NCBI GenBank assembly: GCA_963770895.1
Contig: CAVYRF010000001.1
Span: forward strand, 352,001 to 416,000
Length of the DNA stretch: 64,000 bases
Reading direction: 5' to 3'
From: an uncultured Acidobacteriota bacterium
GTDB lineage: Bacteria; Acidobacteriota; Thermoanaerobaculia; Multivoradales; UBA5704
The notes beneath the pieces were generated by a model. That model made no database searches, was not told where the DNA came from, and worked only from the letters and a program-made list of their open reading frames with translations. Positions 1 through 10,400 of this stretch are shown here, piece after piece. The position numbers were made by a program, and so were the translations under genes. Position 1 is the first letter of the stretch, and every line of letters starts with the position of its first letter.

Positions 1-1
1 G

Positions 2-2098
2 TCGTTTTTGGCCGATCAGTTCGGCCAGCCGCGCATCGACACCTACGCCAACAACGACGGCTGGTTCGACGACACCTCGGACGGCCCGGTGACGGCGCGC
101 CTGGTGATGTATTCGCCCAACGTCGGCGCCGTGCGCTACGTCGACGTCGAATATCCCGCCTGGGTGCTGGTCGGCTATCCCGCCTACGTGCCGCAGATCC
201 TGGACATGGTGACGCTCGAAGAGGTGATGGAAGACCTGGCCGTGCAGCAGTTTGCCAGCCGCCCCGAGCTGTTCGGCCCGGCCGGCGGCTTTGACGACCC
301 GCAGCACGTCGACCCCACCGACACCGAAGCGCTGATCCTCTGGCGCGCCGGCAGGCTGCGCTGGAACCCCGCCTACCGGCCGTGGTTCTACCGCGACATC
401 TGGCCGATCCTCTTTCGCGCCGACCAGTTCAGCTACCTGACCAACGTGCTGGGGCTGTCCAACTATCCGCACAACCAGTCGGCGCGCGGCAATTTCGATC
501 CCTTCCGCCTGGGAGTGCCGCCGCAGGTCGACGCCGAAGCGCTCAAGCGCTGCCAGCGCGAATGCCTGGCGCGCCAGCAGTCGGGGCGGCTGTTCGTGGA
601 AACATTGGAGCCGGCGCTGCAGCTGCTCGACCGCCAGGAGCACGCGCGGCAGCTGCGCGGCGCCGCGGGCGCCGGTGCCGGCGCCAGCGCGCCTGGCACC
701 CCCGATGCGCTGCCGCCGGCGGCGGGGGCGGCAGGGGCGGGGGCCGGCGCGGGAGCGGGGGTTGCTGGTGCGCCGCCGCCGCGTGCCGCTGGCGGCGAAG
801 ACCGCATCGGCCGCTTCACCGCCGCGGTGCGCAAGGCGCTGGCGACGTTTGCCGCGGCGGTCATGGGCGGCAAGCCCGACGCCGACGCGCGGCGCTACCT
901 GGCGGACTGGCGGCAGGCGTCGCAGGGCTCGCCCGAAGCCAAGGAGCAGCTGGACCAGGCGATCGAAGCGGCGCTGGCGGAGGTGGAATCGACGGCCGGG
1001 CCGGACGCCGGCGGCGACTGGCGCGAGCTGCGGCCGGCGGTCGCCCAGCACCTGAAGCGGTTCCATTCCGGCAAGCTCCTGGAAGACGCGCTGGCCGAGT
1101 GCGTGGCCGCGTGCACCCAGGACCCCTACCGCGACTACCGGCAGTTCCTGTTCGACCTGCTGCGGCAGCCGGGGGAAGAGAACAACTTCCGCGTCGGCGG
1201 CAAGCCCAGCAGCCGCGTCCACGGCCTGCCGCTCATGCCGCTGCTGGCCGGCGACAACCCGATCAGCAACCACCTGCCCGCCAAGTTCCTGGCCCTGACC
1301 GACTACCAGTACTACCTGCTGCGCCAGTGGGCGCGCGGCCTGTTCTTCAACGAAGAGATGGAGGGCTGGGGCCCGGTCGACCCCTGGCGGCCCTACGCCG
1401 GCTGGCAGAACCGCACCGGCCGCGACCTGGACCGCGGCGTGCTCACCAACCTGCTGGGCGGCGCCTTCTGCCCCGGCGGCGAAGTCGGCTGGATCATCCG
1501 CAACACCGCCATCTACCTGGAACCCTACCGGGTGAAGGCCGATCCCGGATTCTCTTCCTTCCGCCAGACCGCCGCCCAGGCCAACGCCAACCGCGGCGCC
1601 GTCCCCGAAGCCGACTACAGCGCCTACGTCGACTCCGCCCTCAGCCAATCCGACAACTTCGACCGCGGTATGCAACCCGGCGACCTGACCAAGCACATGG
1701 CGGTGCCCTGGCAGGCCGATTTCAACGAATGCACCACGCAGACCATCAACATCACCTACGAGGGATGGAACCTGATCTATCCCGAAAGCGAAAAGAACAC
1801 CCTGATGCGCCGCGAGCAGGCCGTCTGGGAAACCCTCTGGTGGCCGGCGCACCGCCCCCTCCAGGTCTTCGAGACCAACGCCGACGGCGACACCCCGTTC
1901 GTCGACTGGAGCCGCGGCGTGCCGCAGACCGCCGCCGGCAATCTCAAGATGGTCACCGAATGGCGCCGCCTGCCCTTCGTGCGCGTCAATCCCGCGGCCA
2001 CCGACCTGCCGAGCGAAGTGCCGCCGCCGTCGCCGCCGCCCTACATCGCCGTTGAGAGAACCCCCGAGCCGCGGCCGGGCCAGGGTTCCAAAAAGTAG
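2..2098 (+). CDS. LodA/GoxA-family CTQ-dependent amino acid oxidase (5' end outside window)
   Basis: Motifs NNDGWFDDTSDGPV, GGAFCPGGE, PGDLTKHMAVPWQADFNEC (CTQ Cys) and WWPAHRP (CTQ Trp). The frame is open to the window edge, and a LodB-like flavoprotein follows. Confidence 0.9.
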   Translation, partial: SFLADQFGQPRIDTYANNDGWFDDTSDGPVTARLVMYSPNVGAVRYVDVEYPAWVLVGYPAYVPQILDMVTLEEVMEDLAVQQFASRPELFGPAGGFDDPQHVDPTDTEALILWRAGRLRWNPAYRPWFYRDIWPILFRADQFSYLTNVLGLSNYPHNQSARGNFDPFRLGVPPQVDAEALKRCQRECLARQQSGRLFVETLEPALQLLDRQEHARQLRGAAGAGAGASAPGTPDALPPAAGAAGAGAGAGAGVAGAPPPRAAGGEDRIGRFTAAVRKALATFAAAVMGGKPDADARRYLADWRQASQGSPEAKEQLDQAIEAALAEVESTAGPDAGGDWRELRPAVAQHLKRFHSGKLLEDALAECVAACTQDPYRDYRQFLFDLLRQPGEENNFRVGGKPSSRVHGLPLMPLLAGDNPISNHLPAKFLALTDYQYYLLRQWARGLFFNEEMEGWGPVDPWRPYAGWQNRTGRDLDRGVLTNLLGGAFCPGGEVGWIIRNTAIYLEPYRVKADPGFSSFRQTAAQANANRGAVPEADYSAYVDSALSQSDNFDRGMQPGDLTKHMAVPWQADFNECTTQTINITYEGWNLIYPESEKNTLMRREQAVWETLWWPAHRPLQVFETNADGDTPFVDWSRGVPQTAAGNLKMVTEWRRLPFVRVNPAATDLPSEVPPPSPPPYIAVERTPEPRPGQGSKK

Positions 2099-2122
2099 TG
2101 AGCCAAGAAGTAGTGAGCCAAG
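2093..2122. repeat. Perfect 15-bp tandem duplication (AAGTAGTGAGCCAAG x2) over the LodA stop codon
   Basis: Read directly at 2093-2107 and 2108-2122. Confidence 0.9.
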
Positions 2123-2142
2123 GAGCGAGGAGAGACCGCCCG

Positions 2143-2577
2143 ATGCCCCCTGCCAAGACGCCCGCCAATCCCTTTGTCGGCACCTGGACCTATCGCAGCC
2201 TGCTCAACGACCCGGATCTAGCTACCGCCTTCGACGCCCTGGAATTCGGCCGCGGCACCCTGGTCATCGAAGAAGCCCCCGAACAGCTCCTCCACGGCAC
2301 CCTCGGCGGCCCCGGCTGGTCGCTCGCCCTGCGCGGCTCGCGCTCCTACGGCAACCCCATGCAGGTCCGCTTCCAGGGCAAGGGTCTGGTCAACGGCGAA
2401 CAGTGGGTCTACGACTACATCGGCTGGCTGGTCCCCGTCTGGCCCAACAGCACCGACACCCTGGACCGCCCCGCCATCGTCGGCTCCATCGTCCGCACCG
2501 TCCCCCACGCCGGCAGCGGCGGCGGCACCAACCCCGCCGGCGTCGTCGCCTCCTTCTACGCCGTCCGCGCGGACTGA
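2143..2577 (+). CDS. Hypothetical beta-rich protein between lodA and lodB
   Basis: ATG 2143 with an AGGAG RBS, coding-like codon usage, and an aromatic/beta-strand pattern (FVGTWTYRS, WVYDYIGWLVP). Confidence 0.75.
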   Translation: MPPAKTPANPFVGTWTYRSLLNDPDLATAFDALEFGRGTLVIEEAPEQLLHGTLGGPGWSLALRGSRSYGNPMQVRFQGKGLVNGEQWVYDYIGWLVPVWPNSTDTLDRPAIVGSIVRTVPHAGSGGGTNPAGVVASFYAVRAD

Positions 2578-2658
2578 CCGCCGCGCCGGGGCACGAAAGA
2601 CCGCGTGTCCGCAGCCAGCGGTCAAGAGAGCAAGCGCGTGCCGCCAGGAGGAGACGCG

Positions 2659-3942
2659 GTGGGACCGCAGGGGACAGGGGAGTGGGATTGGGATTGGGAG
2701 TGGGACGCGGCGATCGTCGGCGGCGGCCCGGCCGGCTGTGCCACCGCCCTGGCGTTGCGCGCCCACGCGCCCACCTTGCGCGTCGTGTTGCTGGAAGCCT
2801 CGGCCTACCAGCACCCGCGCCTGGGCGAAACCCTGCCGCCGCTCGCGCGCCAGCTGCTGGAGCACCTGGGCGTCTGGGACGCCTTCGTCGCGCAGGGTCA
2901 CCGCCAGGTGCACGGCACCGCCGCGGCCTGGGGCAGCGCCGTGCCGCGCGGTCACGATTACTTCTTCGGCATGCAAGGCCCCGGCTGGCACCTGGACCGC
3001 GCCGCCTTCGACGCCATGCTGGCCGCGCAGGCGGAGCGCCAGGGCGTCACCGTCCTGCGCCGCACGCGCGTGCGCGGCGCCGACCGCGACGGTGGCGAGC
3101 GCGATGATGGCGCCGGCCACCGCGGCGCCGAAGGCGGCGGCTGGCGGCTGCGCCTGGGGGGCGGCCGGCGCCTGCACGCCCGTTTCGTGATCGACGCCAC
3201 CGGCCCCTCTGCCTCGCTGGCGCGCCTGGCCGGTGCGCGCTTTGTGGCGCTCGATCGCCTGACCGGCTACGGCCGCCTGTTCGCAGAGCCGCCGGCGGCG
3301 AGCGATGCGCTGTCAGCAAGCACAGCGATGCCGGCGCAAGGTCTGATGTCGGCGGGTGCCATGCGAGCGAGCGCCAGGCCAGTCGTGGATGGCGTGCCGA
3401 ATGGCCACGGTGGCCGCTGGTCCGCCGACCCCCGCGTGCTGGTCGAAGCCTTCGCCGACGGCTTCTGGTACACCGCCGGCCTGCCGGGCGGCCGTCGCGT
3501 CGCCGTCTGCCTGACCGATGCCGACGTGGCCCGCCGCCTGCGGCTCACCGATGCCGCCGGCTGGGCCTGCGCCCTGGCCGCCACCACCCACGTCCGCCAG
3601 GCCCTGCAAGGCGCGCAGCTCCCCGGGCCGCTGCTGGTGCGTCCGGCGCAGTCGCGGCTGCTGCAACCCGCCGCCGGCGACGGCTGGCTGGCGGTCGGCG
3701 ATGCCGCCTCGCTGTTCGAGCCCCTGTCCGCCCAGGGCATCGTCAAAGCCCTGCGCAGCGGCATCTTTGCCGCCTACGCCGCCGGCGACCTGCTGACCAG
3801 GGGCGACGCCCGCGGCATCGACCGCTACACCCGCCTCGTCCCCGACGAGTTCGCCGGTTACACCCAAGCCCGCGCCCGCATCTACGCCGAAGAGCGCCGC
3901 TGGCCCCAAAGCGAATTCTGGCGCCGCCGCACCGCCGCCTGA
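2659..3942 (+). CDS. LodB/GoxB-like FAD-dependent protein (CTQ maturation)
   Basis: GGGPAG dinucleotide motif, GETLPP, DATG and AVGDAASLFEPLSAQGI. GTG 2659 is preceded by AGGAGG (the track start at 2605 is an alternative). Lies downstream of lodA. Confidence 0.85.
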   Translation: MGPQGTGEWDWDWEWDAAIVGGGPAGCATALALRAHAPTLRVVLLEASAYQHPRLGETLPPLARQLLEHLGVWDAFVAQGHRQVHGTAAAWGSAVPRGHDYFFGMQGPGWHLDRAAFDAMLAAQAERQGVTVLRRTRVRGADRDGGERDDGAGHRGAEGGGWRLRLGGGRRLHARFVIDATGPSASLARLAGARFVALDRLTGYGRLFAEPPAASDALSASTAMPAQGLMSAGAMRASARPVVDGVPNGHGGRWSADPRVLVEAFADGFWYTAGLPGGRRVAVCLTDADVARRLRLTDAAGWACALAATTHVRQALQGAQLPGPLLVRPAQSRLLQPAAGDGWLAVGDAASLFEPLSAQGIVKALRSGIFAAYAAGDLLTRGDARGIDRYTRLVPDEFAGYTQARARIYAEERRWPQSEFWRRRTAA

Positions 3943-4049
3943 AAACCGGGGCACCATGGATTCCTGGCTGTAGACGGAAGGAAAACGCGATGATTCGGGA
4001 GCAGAAGAGCGACTCGCTGAGAGGGTGTGCGGTGAACTGCGATTCAAAT

Positions 4050-4979
4050 TCACCCAACCGCCGAGAGCACAGACCGTTCTTTGCTGGTCAAGTATTCAAG
4101 TGCGGAGTTGTGCCACGCCTCGGCTTCTGACTTGTTTCGATCATAGAGTTCGATGAAAGCTCTTCCACACGCCGACTGAGGAAAGCGTCGCTCCTCCACG
4201 ATCTTCCTGAGGAAGAGCTCGGCGCGAGCCTGTTTTACGATGTCGGTGGAAAATCTGTTCTCCAGCTGCGGCCACAAAAGCAGAATAATCTCACAGCGCG
4301 ATTCGAGCAGATCTTCACGAGTGTCCAGTTCAAAAAAGTCGATCACCACCTGCGCCCGCAGCCGTTTTTCTGAATCCACTGGGCGAGGCCCGATGAGCGG
4401 ACCGCGAAAGAAAAGATACTCGCCAGGGTCATCGGCGCGCTCGCCGAGCGGAAAGAGCAGCAGGGGTTTTTCGCGTGCGTCGAGAGAAGCTCGGTCCGTG
4501 GTCAGCGAGTCAGGGATGCCAGCAATCGGGAAGCAATCTGATTTGTAGGACGAGTTGCAGACTTTGCATGAGACCAGGTAGTTGAAGGGATCAAAGGCGA
4601 AGCGAAGGTATCCATTGCTGTATCCCGTGGCCACCCTGGCGACGTAGCTCCGAATATTGGCCCGACGGTCCATCAGTTCATCGCTTGGCCAAGGAGTTAC
4701 TCGGTTCTTCGGACGGTAGTGCTCGATGTCATAGTCAACAGCCACCTTGGTGGCGGAGCCGGATTCAGTCTTGGCCATGGCCTGTTCGCAATAGATGCAC
4801 TTGAAATCCTGGAGCAGTATGAATACCTCCTTGATCTCGCTCCAGAGGCCAACTTTTTTTGCAGTACCGCCCGCCCGAATTGCGGCTGCTGTCTTTTTTG
4901 AAGCGCGTGAGAACCACCCAGGCCTCTTGGCCTCAATGGCCAAGCGCAATGCGCGGTCCGAAACTGGTACAAGAATCAT
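4050..4979 (-). CDS. HNH endonuclease, PtuB/Septu-like
   Basis: CIYCE...IEHYRPK...NYLVSCKVCNSSYK zinc/HNH pattern, directly downstream of an ABC ATPase. Start may be 4979 or 5045. Confidence 0.8.
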   Translation of the reverse strand: MILVPVSDRALRLAIEAKRPGWFSRASKKTAAAIRAGGTAKKVGLWSEIKEVFILLQDFKCIYCEQAMAKTESGSATKVAVDYDIEHYRPKNRVTPWPSDELMDRRANIRSYVARVATGYSNGYLRFAFDPFNYLVSCKVCNSSYKSDCFPIAGIPDSLTTDRASLDAREKPLLLFPLGERADDPGEYLFFRGPLIGPRPVDSEKRLRAQVVIDFFELDTREDLLESRCEIILLLWPQLENRFSTDIVKQARAELFLRKIVEERRFPQSACGRAFIELYDRNKSEAEAWHNSALEYLTSKERSVLSAVG

Positions 4980-5028
4980 CTTTGTTGACGATGTGTCACT
5001 TGGCGGAGGCAGCGAGGCGATAGAGTTT

Positions 5029-6261
5029 CTACTCTGCTCCTCCACCCAGCGTCATCAAGCGCATGAACTGTATGGCGGCTTCTGGATCGCCCTCGCCGGC
5101 AGCCTGGGCCTGGGCCTGTAGCTGCGCTGTGAATCGCGGATCGCGGGTTGATGCGAGGCCGAAGCTTCCGCTGGTCAGGATTTGATCCGCCGAGAGGCCG
5201 TAGACTTCTTCGGCCGATCGCCGCAGTCGGCTTCTCCCAACCCCTTGTAATCTCTCAGATTCAAGTACGAAGACGCTGGCTCCGCGCAAAGTTCCTACGA
5301 CCAGGGGGCTGTGCGACGTAAGTATGAATTGCAGATTGGGAAGGGCGCGCGCCATTGTTGGGATGACGCGCTGTTGCCATTCGGGATGCAGATACAGGTC
5401 CACCTCGTCAATGAGGACAACTCCGCGCCTGTCAAGAAGCTGAATCCCGCTTGCAGCTCCCATCGAGAGGTGGTAGAGCAGGTCGGCGATCCAGCCGATA
5501 TAGGCGCGATAGCCGTCGGACAATGCCTGAAATGGCAGGTCGGCGCCGTCAATTCGGAAGAGAGATTCGATCTCGCCTGAGTGCAGCAGCTCGACATGCG
5601 GTGCGAGCAGCTTGTTGAGCAATGAGAATACCTGCTGGTGACGGTCTGGGTCGGTGGCGAAGAGCCGTGGTAACCAGGAGGAGAGCGGGACCAGGGTCAC
5701 CGCCTCTTCGAAAAGACCCGCAACTCGCGTGTAGCGGATAGCCCGCGACCTCGACCGTAGCTCTTCGGAGAAGCTGGCGTTGGGGTCCACCCGACGGCTG
5801 GAGCCGTAACCGGTCATGAAGAATGCGGGCGAGTTCTCATCCCACAACTCCTCTGACCATTCCAACGCATCATTCGGCGGTCGGAAGCGGTCGATCCAGC
5901 CGCGCGTTCTTGTGAGAACGGTTTCCACGTTGCGGAGACCAACTTGACCATCTTCCTTATGCAATGCCAGTTCGGCTACTACTCTAGCCTCCAGCTTCAT
6001 TTCCTGTACCCCTCTGCTCCCGGCGCGGCGCACCAGCGAGAAGGGGACAAAGCCCGAGTTTCCTGCCAGGAACGGACCGAGGGCTGCAAGGGCCGCGGCT
6101 CGCAGCACCGTGGACTTTCCCGAGCCGTTGTCACCGAGAAGAAGGTTCACGTTCGGTAGCAGCGATTCGTCTGCGGGTGGCTGATCGCCAGGAACTCCGA
6201 AGTGAAGGTACGCCTTCTCAAAGGTGCGGAGATTGTCGATTTGAAGCGTCCGAATGTACAT
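5029..6261 (-). CDS. ABC/AAA_21-type ATPase, PtuA/Septu-like
   Basis: Walker A GDNGSGKS, signature LSDGY, Walker B VVLIDEVDLYLHPEWQ, H-loop TSHSP. Confidence 0.85.
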   Translation of the reverse strand: MYIRTLQIDNLRTFEKAYLHFGVPGDQPPADESLLPNVNLLLGDNGSGKSTVLRAAALAALGPFLAGNSGFVPFSLVRRAGSRGVQEMKLEARVVAELALHKEDGQVGLRNVETVLTRTRGWIDRFRPPNDALEWSEELWDENSPAFFMTGYGSSRRVDPNASFSEELRSRSRAIRYTRVAGLFEEAVTLVPLSSWLPRLFATDPDRHQQVFSLLNKLLAPHVELLHSGEIESLFRIDGADLPFQALSDGYRAYIGWIADLLYHLSMGAASGIQLLDRRGVVLIDEVDLYLHPEWQQRVIPTMARALPNLQFILTSHSPLVVGTLRGASVFVLESERLQGVGRSRLRRSAEEVYGLSADQILTSGSFGLASTRDPRFTAQLQAQAQAAGEGDPEAAIQFMRLMTLGGGAE

Positions 6262-6361
6262 CGTGGTACTCCTGTGACGATTTTACCGTTTGTTGCAAGA
6301 GCTGTGCAACCTGGCCGGATCGCTCCGATTGCTCCGGTAGAGAGCGCTCATCTTAACTTTT

Positions 6362-7459
6362 GTGCCATGCTGGAGGGTAATGGACAAGGTCGGAGAGGTG
6401 GGCGCCGGGCCGGTGCTCCTATATTTAGGCGCAGCTGAGATTGAGGAGCTGTTGCCGCCGGGGGAGTGCATCGCGGTGATGGAGGGGGTGCTGCGCGACC
6501 TGGCGATGGGGGCGGGGGTGCAGCCGCTGCGCTCGGTGATCCCGCTGGAGGTGGGCGGGGATGGAGCGGCCGGCGGTCCGCCGGCGTTTCTCGGTTTGAT
6601 GCCCGGCCAGCTGGGCCGCGACTCCGGTGCCGCCGCTGCTGGCGATACCGGTGGCGTCAATCGTGCCGGCGTTGCCGGGATCAAGGTGGTCACGGTGTTT
6701 CCGGGCAACCGCCAGCTTGGGGCTGAGTCGCATCTTGGGGCGGTGCTGCTGTTCGAAACGGAGATGGGGCGGCCGATCGCGTACCTGGATGCGGCGGCGG
6801 TGACGGCGGTGCGCACGGCGGCGGTGAGCGCCTTGGCGACGCGCGTGCTGGCGCGGCCGGAGGCGGGCGACCTGGCTTTGCTGGGCGCGGGCGTCCAGGC
6901 GCGATGGCATCTGGCGGCGCTGCGGGAGGTGCGGCCGATCCGGCGGGTGCGGGTGTGGAGCCGGCGGCCGGAGAGCGCGCGGCGGTTTGCCGTCGAAGAG
7001 GGCCGCCATGGCCTGGCGGTCGAGGCGGTCGCCTCGCCGGCGGCGGCGGTGGCCGGGGCGGAGCTGGTGTGCACGGTGACCGCGGCGCGCGAGCCGGTGC
7101 TGGCCGGCGCCGACCTGGCGGCCGGTGCGCACGTCAACGCGGTCGGGGCGTGCTTTCCCGCGGCGCGCGAGCTGGACAGCGCGGCGGTGGCAGGCGCGCG
7201 GCTGTTCGTCGACCGGCGCGAATCCGCGCTCCACGAATCCGGCGACTTCCTGGTGCCGCTGCGCGAGGGCGCGATCGGCGCCGATCACATCCAGGGCGAG
7301 CTGGGCGAAGTGCTGGCGGGCCGCGTTGCCGGCCGCGGCAACTCCTCGGAGATCACGCTGTTCAAGTCGCTGGGCCTGGCGGTCGAAGACCTGGCGGCCT
7401 CGCTCCACGTCTATCGGAAGGCGATCGCGCTGGGCCGCGGCCGCTCCCTGGCGCCGTAG
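6362..7459 (+). CDS. Ornithine cyclodeaminase/mu-crystallin family protein
   Basis: GIKVVTVFPGN, TAVRTAAVS, GAGVQA, HVNAVGA and FKSLGLAVED. Exact start uncertain. Confidence 0.9.
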   Translation: MPCWRVMDKVGEVGAGPVLLYLGAAEIEELLPPGECIAVMEGVLRDLAMGAGVQPLRSVIPLEVGGDGAAGGPPAFLGLMPGQLGRDSGAAAAGDTGGVNRAGVAGIKVVTVFPGNRQLGAESHLGAVLLFETEMGRPIAYLDAAAVTAVRTAAVSALATRVLARPEAGDLALLGAGVQARWHLAALREVRPIRRVRVWSRRPESARRFAVEEGRHGLAVEAVASPAAAVAGAELVCTVTAAREPVLAGADLAAGAHVNAVGACFPAARELDSAAVAGARLFVDRRESALHESGDFLVPLREGAIGADHIQGELGEVLAGRVAGRGNSSEITLFKSLGLAVEDLAASLHVYRKAIALGRGRSLAP

Positions 7460-10400
7460 CCGGCCAGCTGATCGCGGCGGTCACCCGCCGGCCCGCCCAG
7501 CTGCCAGTTCAGGAAGGAGAGGATGTCGACCAGCTCGTCGATGCGCTGGTCGAGGCTGACGCCTGCGCCGGTGTGGCCGGTGTCCTGGTGGTGGCGCAGG
7601 AGGACGGGTCGGTCGGGGTCCGCCACGGCTTGCAGGCGGGCGGTCATCTTGCGGGCGTGGAGGGGGGCGACCTGGGTGTCGCCGTAGCTGGTTTCGAGAA
7701 AGACCGCCGGGTAGTGGGCGTCTGCCGCCACGTTCTGGTAGGGCGAGTAAGCGCGCAGCGCGGGGAAGGCTTCGGGGCGGTCGGGGGAGCCGTATTCGGG
7801 CAGCCAGAAGCGGGCGGCGAGGAACTTGTTGTAGCGCAGCATGTCGAGCAGCGGATGGGTGGAGACCACGGCGCGGAAGAGGCGCGGCTGCTGGACCATG
7901 GCGGCGGCGACCAGCAGGCCGCCGTTGCTGTGGCCCCAGGCGGCCAGCCGCTCGGGGCGGGTGTAGCCCAGGTCGGCCAGGCCGCGGGCGGCGGCGATCA
8001 GGTCGTCGATCGACAGCTGCTTGTGTTCGCGCACGGCCGCGTCGTGCCACCTGGCCCCCAGCTCGCCGCCGCCGCGGACGTTGGCGACGGCCCAGACGCC
8101 GCCGGCTTCGACCCACCAGGCGATCTCCGGCAGGTACGCGGGGGTGAGGCTGGTGGCGAAGCCGCCGTAGGCGGTGAGGATCGCGGCATGGGAGCCGTCG
8201 AGCGGGATGCCCCGCCGGTGGATGACGAACATTGGCACGCGGGTGCCGTCGGCCGAGGTGACCCAGACCTGCTCCACCTGGTAGGCGGCGGGGTCGAGGC
8301 TGGTGTCGGGCTGGCGCCAGACGGCCAGCCGGCCCGCCGCCAGGTCGTAGCGGTAGACGGTGCCCGGCAGGTGGAAGGATGAAAAGGTGAAGTAGACGAT
8401 CGGGTCGTCGAAACGCCCCGAGAAGCCGCCGATGGTGCCGGCGCCGGGCAGCGGCACGTCGCCCAGGTGGCGCCCGTCGAGGTCGAAGATGGCGAGCCGC
8501 GAATGGACGTCTTCAAGGTACTCGACGAGCAGCCTGCGGCCGGCGCCGAAGACCTTCTGGATGACGGCGCTTTCGTGCTGCGGCACGATCTCGCGCCAGT
8601 GGGCGCGGTCGGGGTGATCGACCGGCGCCACGAAGATGCGCCCGCGCGGCGCCTGCCAGGTGGTCTGGATCACCAGCTGGTCGCCCAGCACGCCGGCGTA
8701 GAACGGCGCGTCGATGCCGCTGACCACCTCGCGCCGCGTCGCCAGGTCGTGGCCGGTGGTGGCCGCCGTCGCCGTACCCGTCGCCGATGCCGCGCCGGCC
8801 GCCCCGGCCGTGCCGGCGGCCGGCGCGACGCGGTCGAGGAATACGTCGATCTCCTGCTGCGTGCCGGAGACGGCGTGGCTCACCAGCCAGCGGCCGTCGT
8901 CGCTCAGGTTGCCCCAGACGATCGATCCCCGCCCGTAGGCCTGGCCGAAGATCACCGCGTCGCTGGCCGGATCGGCGCCGAAGCGGTGGTAGAAGAGCCG
9001 CGAGCCCTCGCCGTCGGCGCGCTCGCGGCCGTAGTAGGCGCCGCGGCCGCCGGCGGCGATGGCGACGCCGAAGTAGCGTCCCAGCGGCAGCTCGTCGGCG
9101 AGCAGGGTGCCGTCGTCGACCGCGACGAAGCGCACCGCGACCTCTTCGGCGCCGCTCTTGCGCACCGCGAAGGCCGCCAGCTTGCCGTCGATCGACAGGT
9201 CGAGAAGCTCGACCGCGGCACGGCTCTCGGCAGTGCTGAAGCGCCGCGGGTCGGCCAGCACGCGCTCGGCTCCCGCGCCGTCGCGCACCACGATCTCGGG
9301 CAGGGTGGCGGTGCCGGTGGCGGCGCGGTAGACGGCGCGCTCGCCGCGCACCGACGGGCGCGACGCGCCGGCGATGCCGGCCAGCTCGGCCAGCCGGCGG
9401 CGCAGCTCCATGCGTCCGGGCAGCACGTCGAGCACGCGGTCGGTGTAGGCGTTCTGCTCCCGCGTCCAGAGGCGCACCTCGGGGGTGCGCGAATCCTCGA
9501 GCCACCGGTAGGGGTCGGCGACCTCCACCCCGTGCAGGGTTTCGACCACCGGCTCGACCAGCGTCGCGGGGACGGCGGGGCGCCGCGTCGCGAGCGGCGC
9601 CGCCGCGAGCCGGCCGCCTGCGACCGCGCCGCCGCGCAGGAAGGCGGCCACCCGCGCCGCGATCTGCGGCGTCGCCACCAGCAGGTCGTCGCCGTGGCCG
9701 GCGCCGTCGACCACGATCTCGACGCCGTGGGAGAGGTGGCGCAGGACGTCCTGGCCGTTCTGCGCCGGGGTGCGGGCGTCGAGGGTGCCGCTCACCACCA
9801 GGACCGGCACCGGCGAGCGCACGCTCTGGCGCAGCGCGGCGTCCAGCGGCTCGACGCCCAGGGCGCCGCACACGTCGGGCACGGCGAAATCGAGCTGCCG
9901 GCCGACCACCGCGGAGGCGGCTTCGGCCGCCACCTGCCGCCGCCGCGCCTCCGAGGCGCCGGAGGCGCAGGCCACGGCGTAGGGCATGACCTGGCCGAGC
10001 CAGCGCTTGCGCTGGCGCAGCAGGTCGCCGGCCAGCGGCTCCCAGTCGCCGCGGTCGAGGTGCACGGCGACCTCGCGCAGCTCGTCGAGCCGCTCGGCCG
10101 CGCCGAGGTGGTCGGCGATGGCGAGCTGCAGGTCCAGGGGGCCGATCGCCACCGGCACCTGGTCGCCGGTCAGCGGGTCCACCGCGGTGGTGCGGACCGG
10201 CTGGCGGTCGAGCGCCGCGAGCCGGACGCGCAGCACGTCGAGCAGCGTGCGGCCGTCGCCCATCGCGATCCTGGCCAGGACCGCGTCCGCCGCCGCCGGC
10301 AGCTTGAGCTCCTGGTCCGGGCCGACGACGCCCATGAGCACCGCCCGTTCGACGGCGGCGCCGTGCCGGCGCAGCACCTCGAGCGCCAGGCGGGTGCCGT

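Noticed and set aside
2680-2706. TGGGA(T/G) repeats encoding EWDWDWEWD at the LodB N-terminus
   Set aside because: Short in-frame slippage repeat with no sign of function or phase variation.
3943-6361. Retron associated with the ATPase+HNH pair
   Set aside because: No reverse transcriptase or msr-msd-like region nearby.
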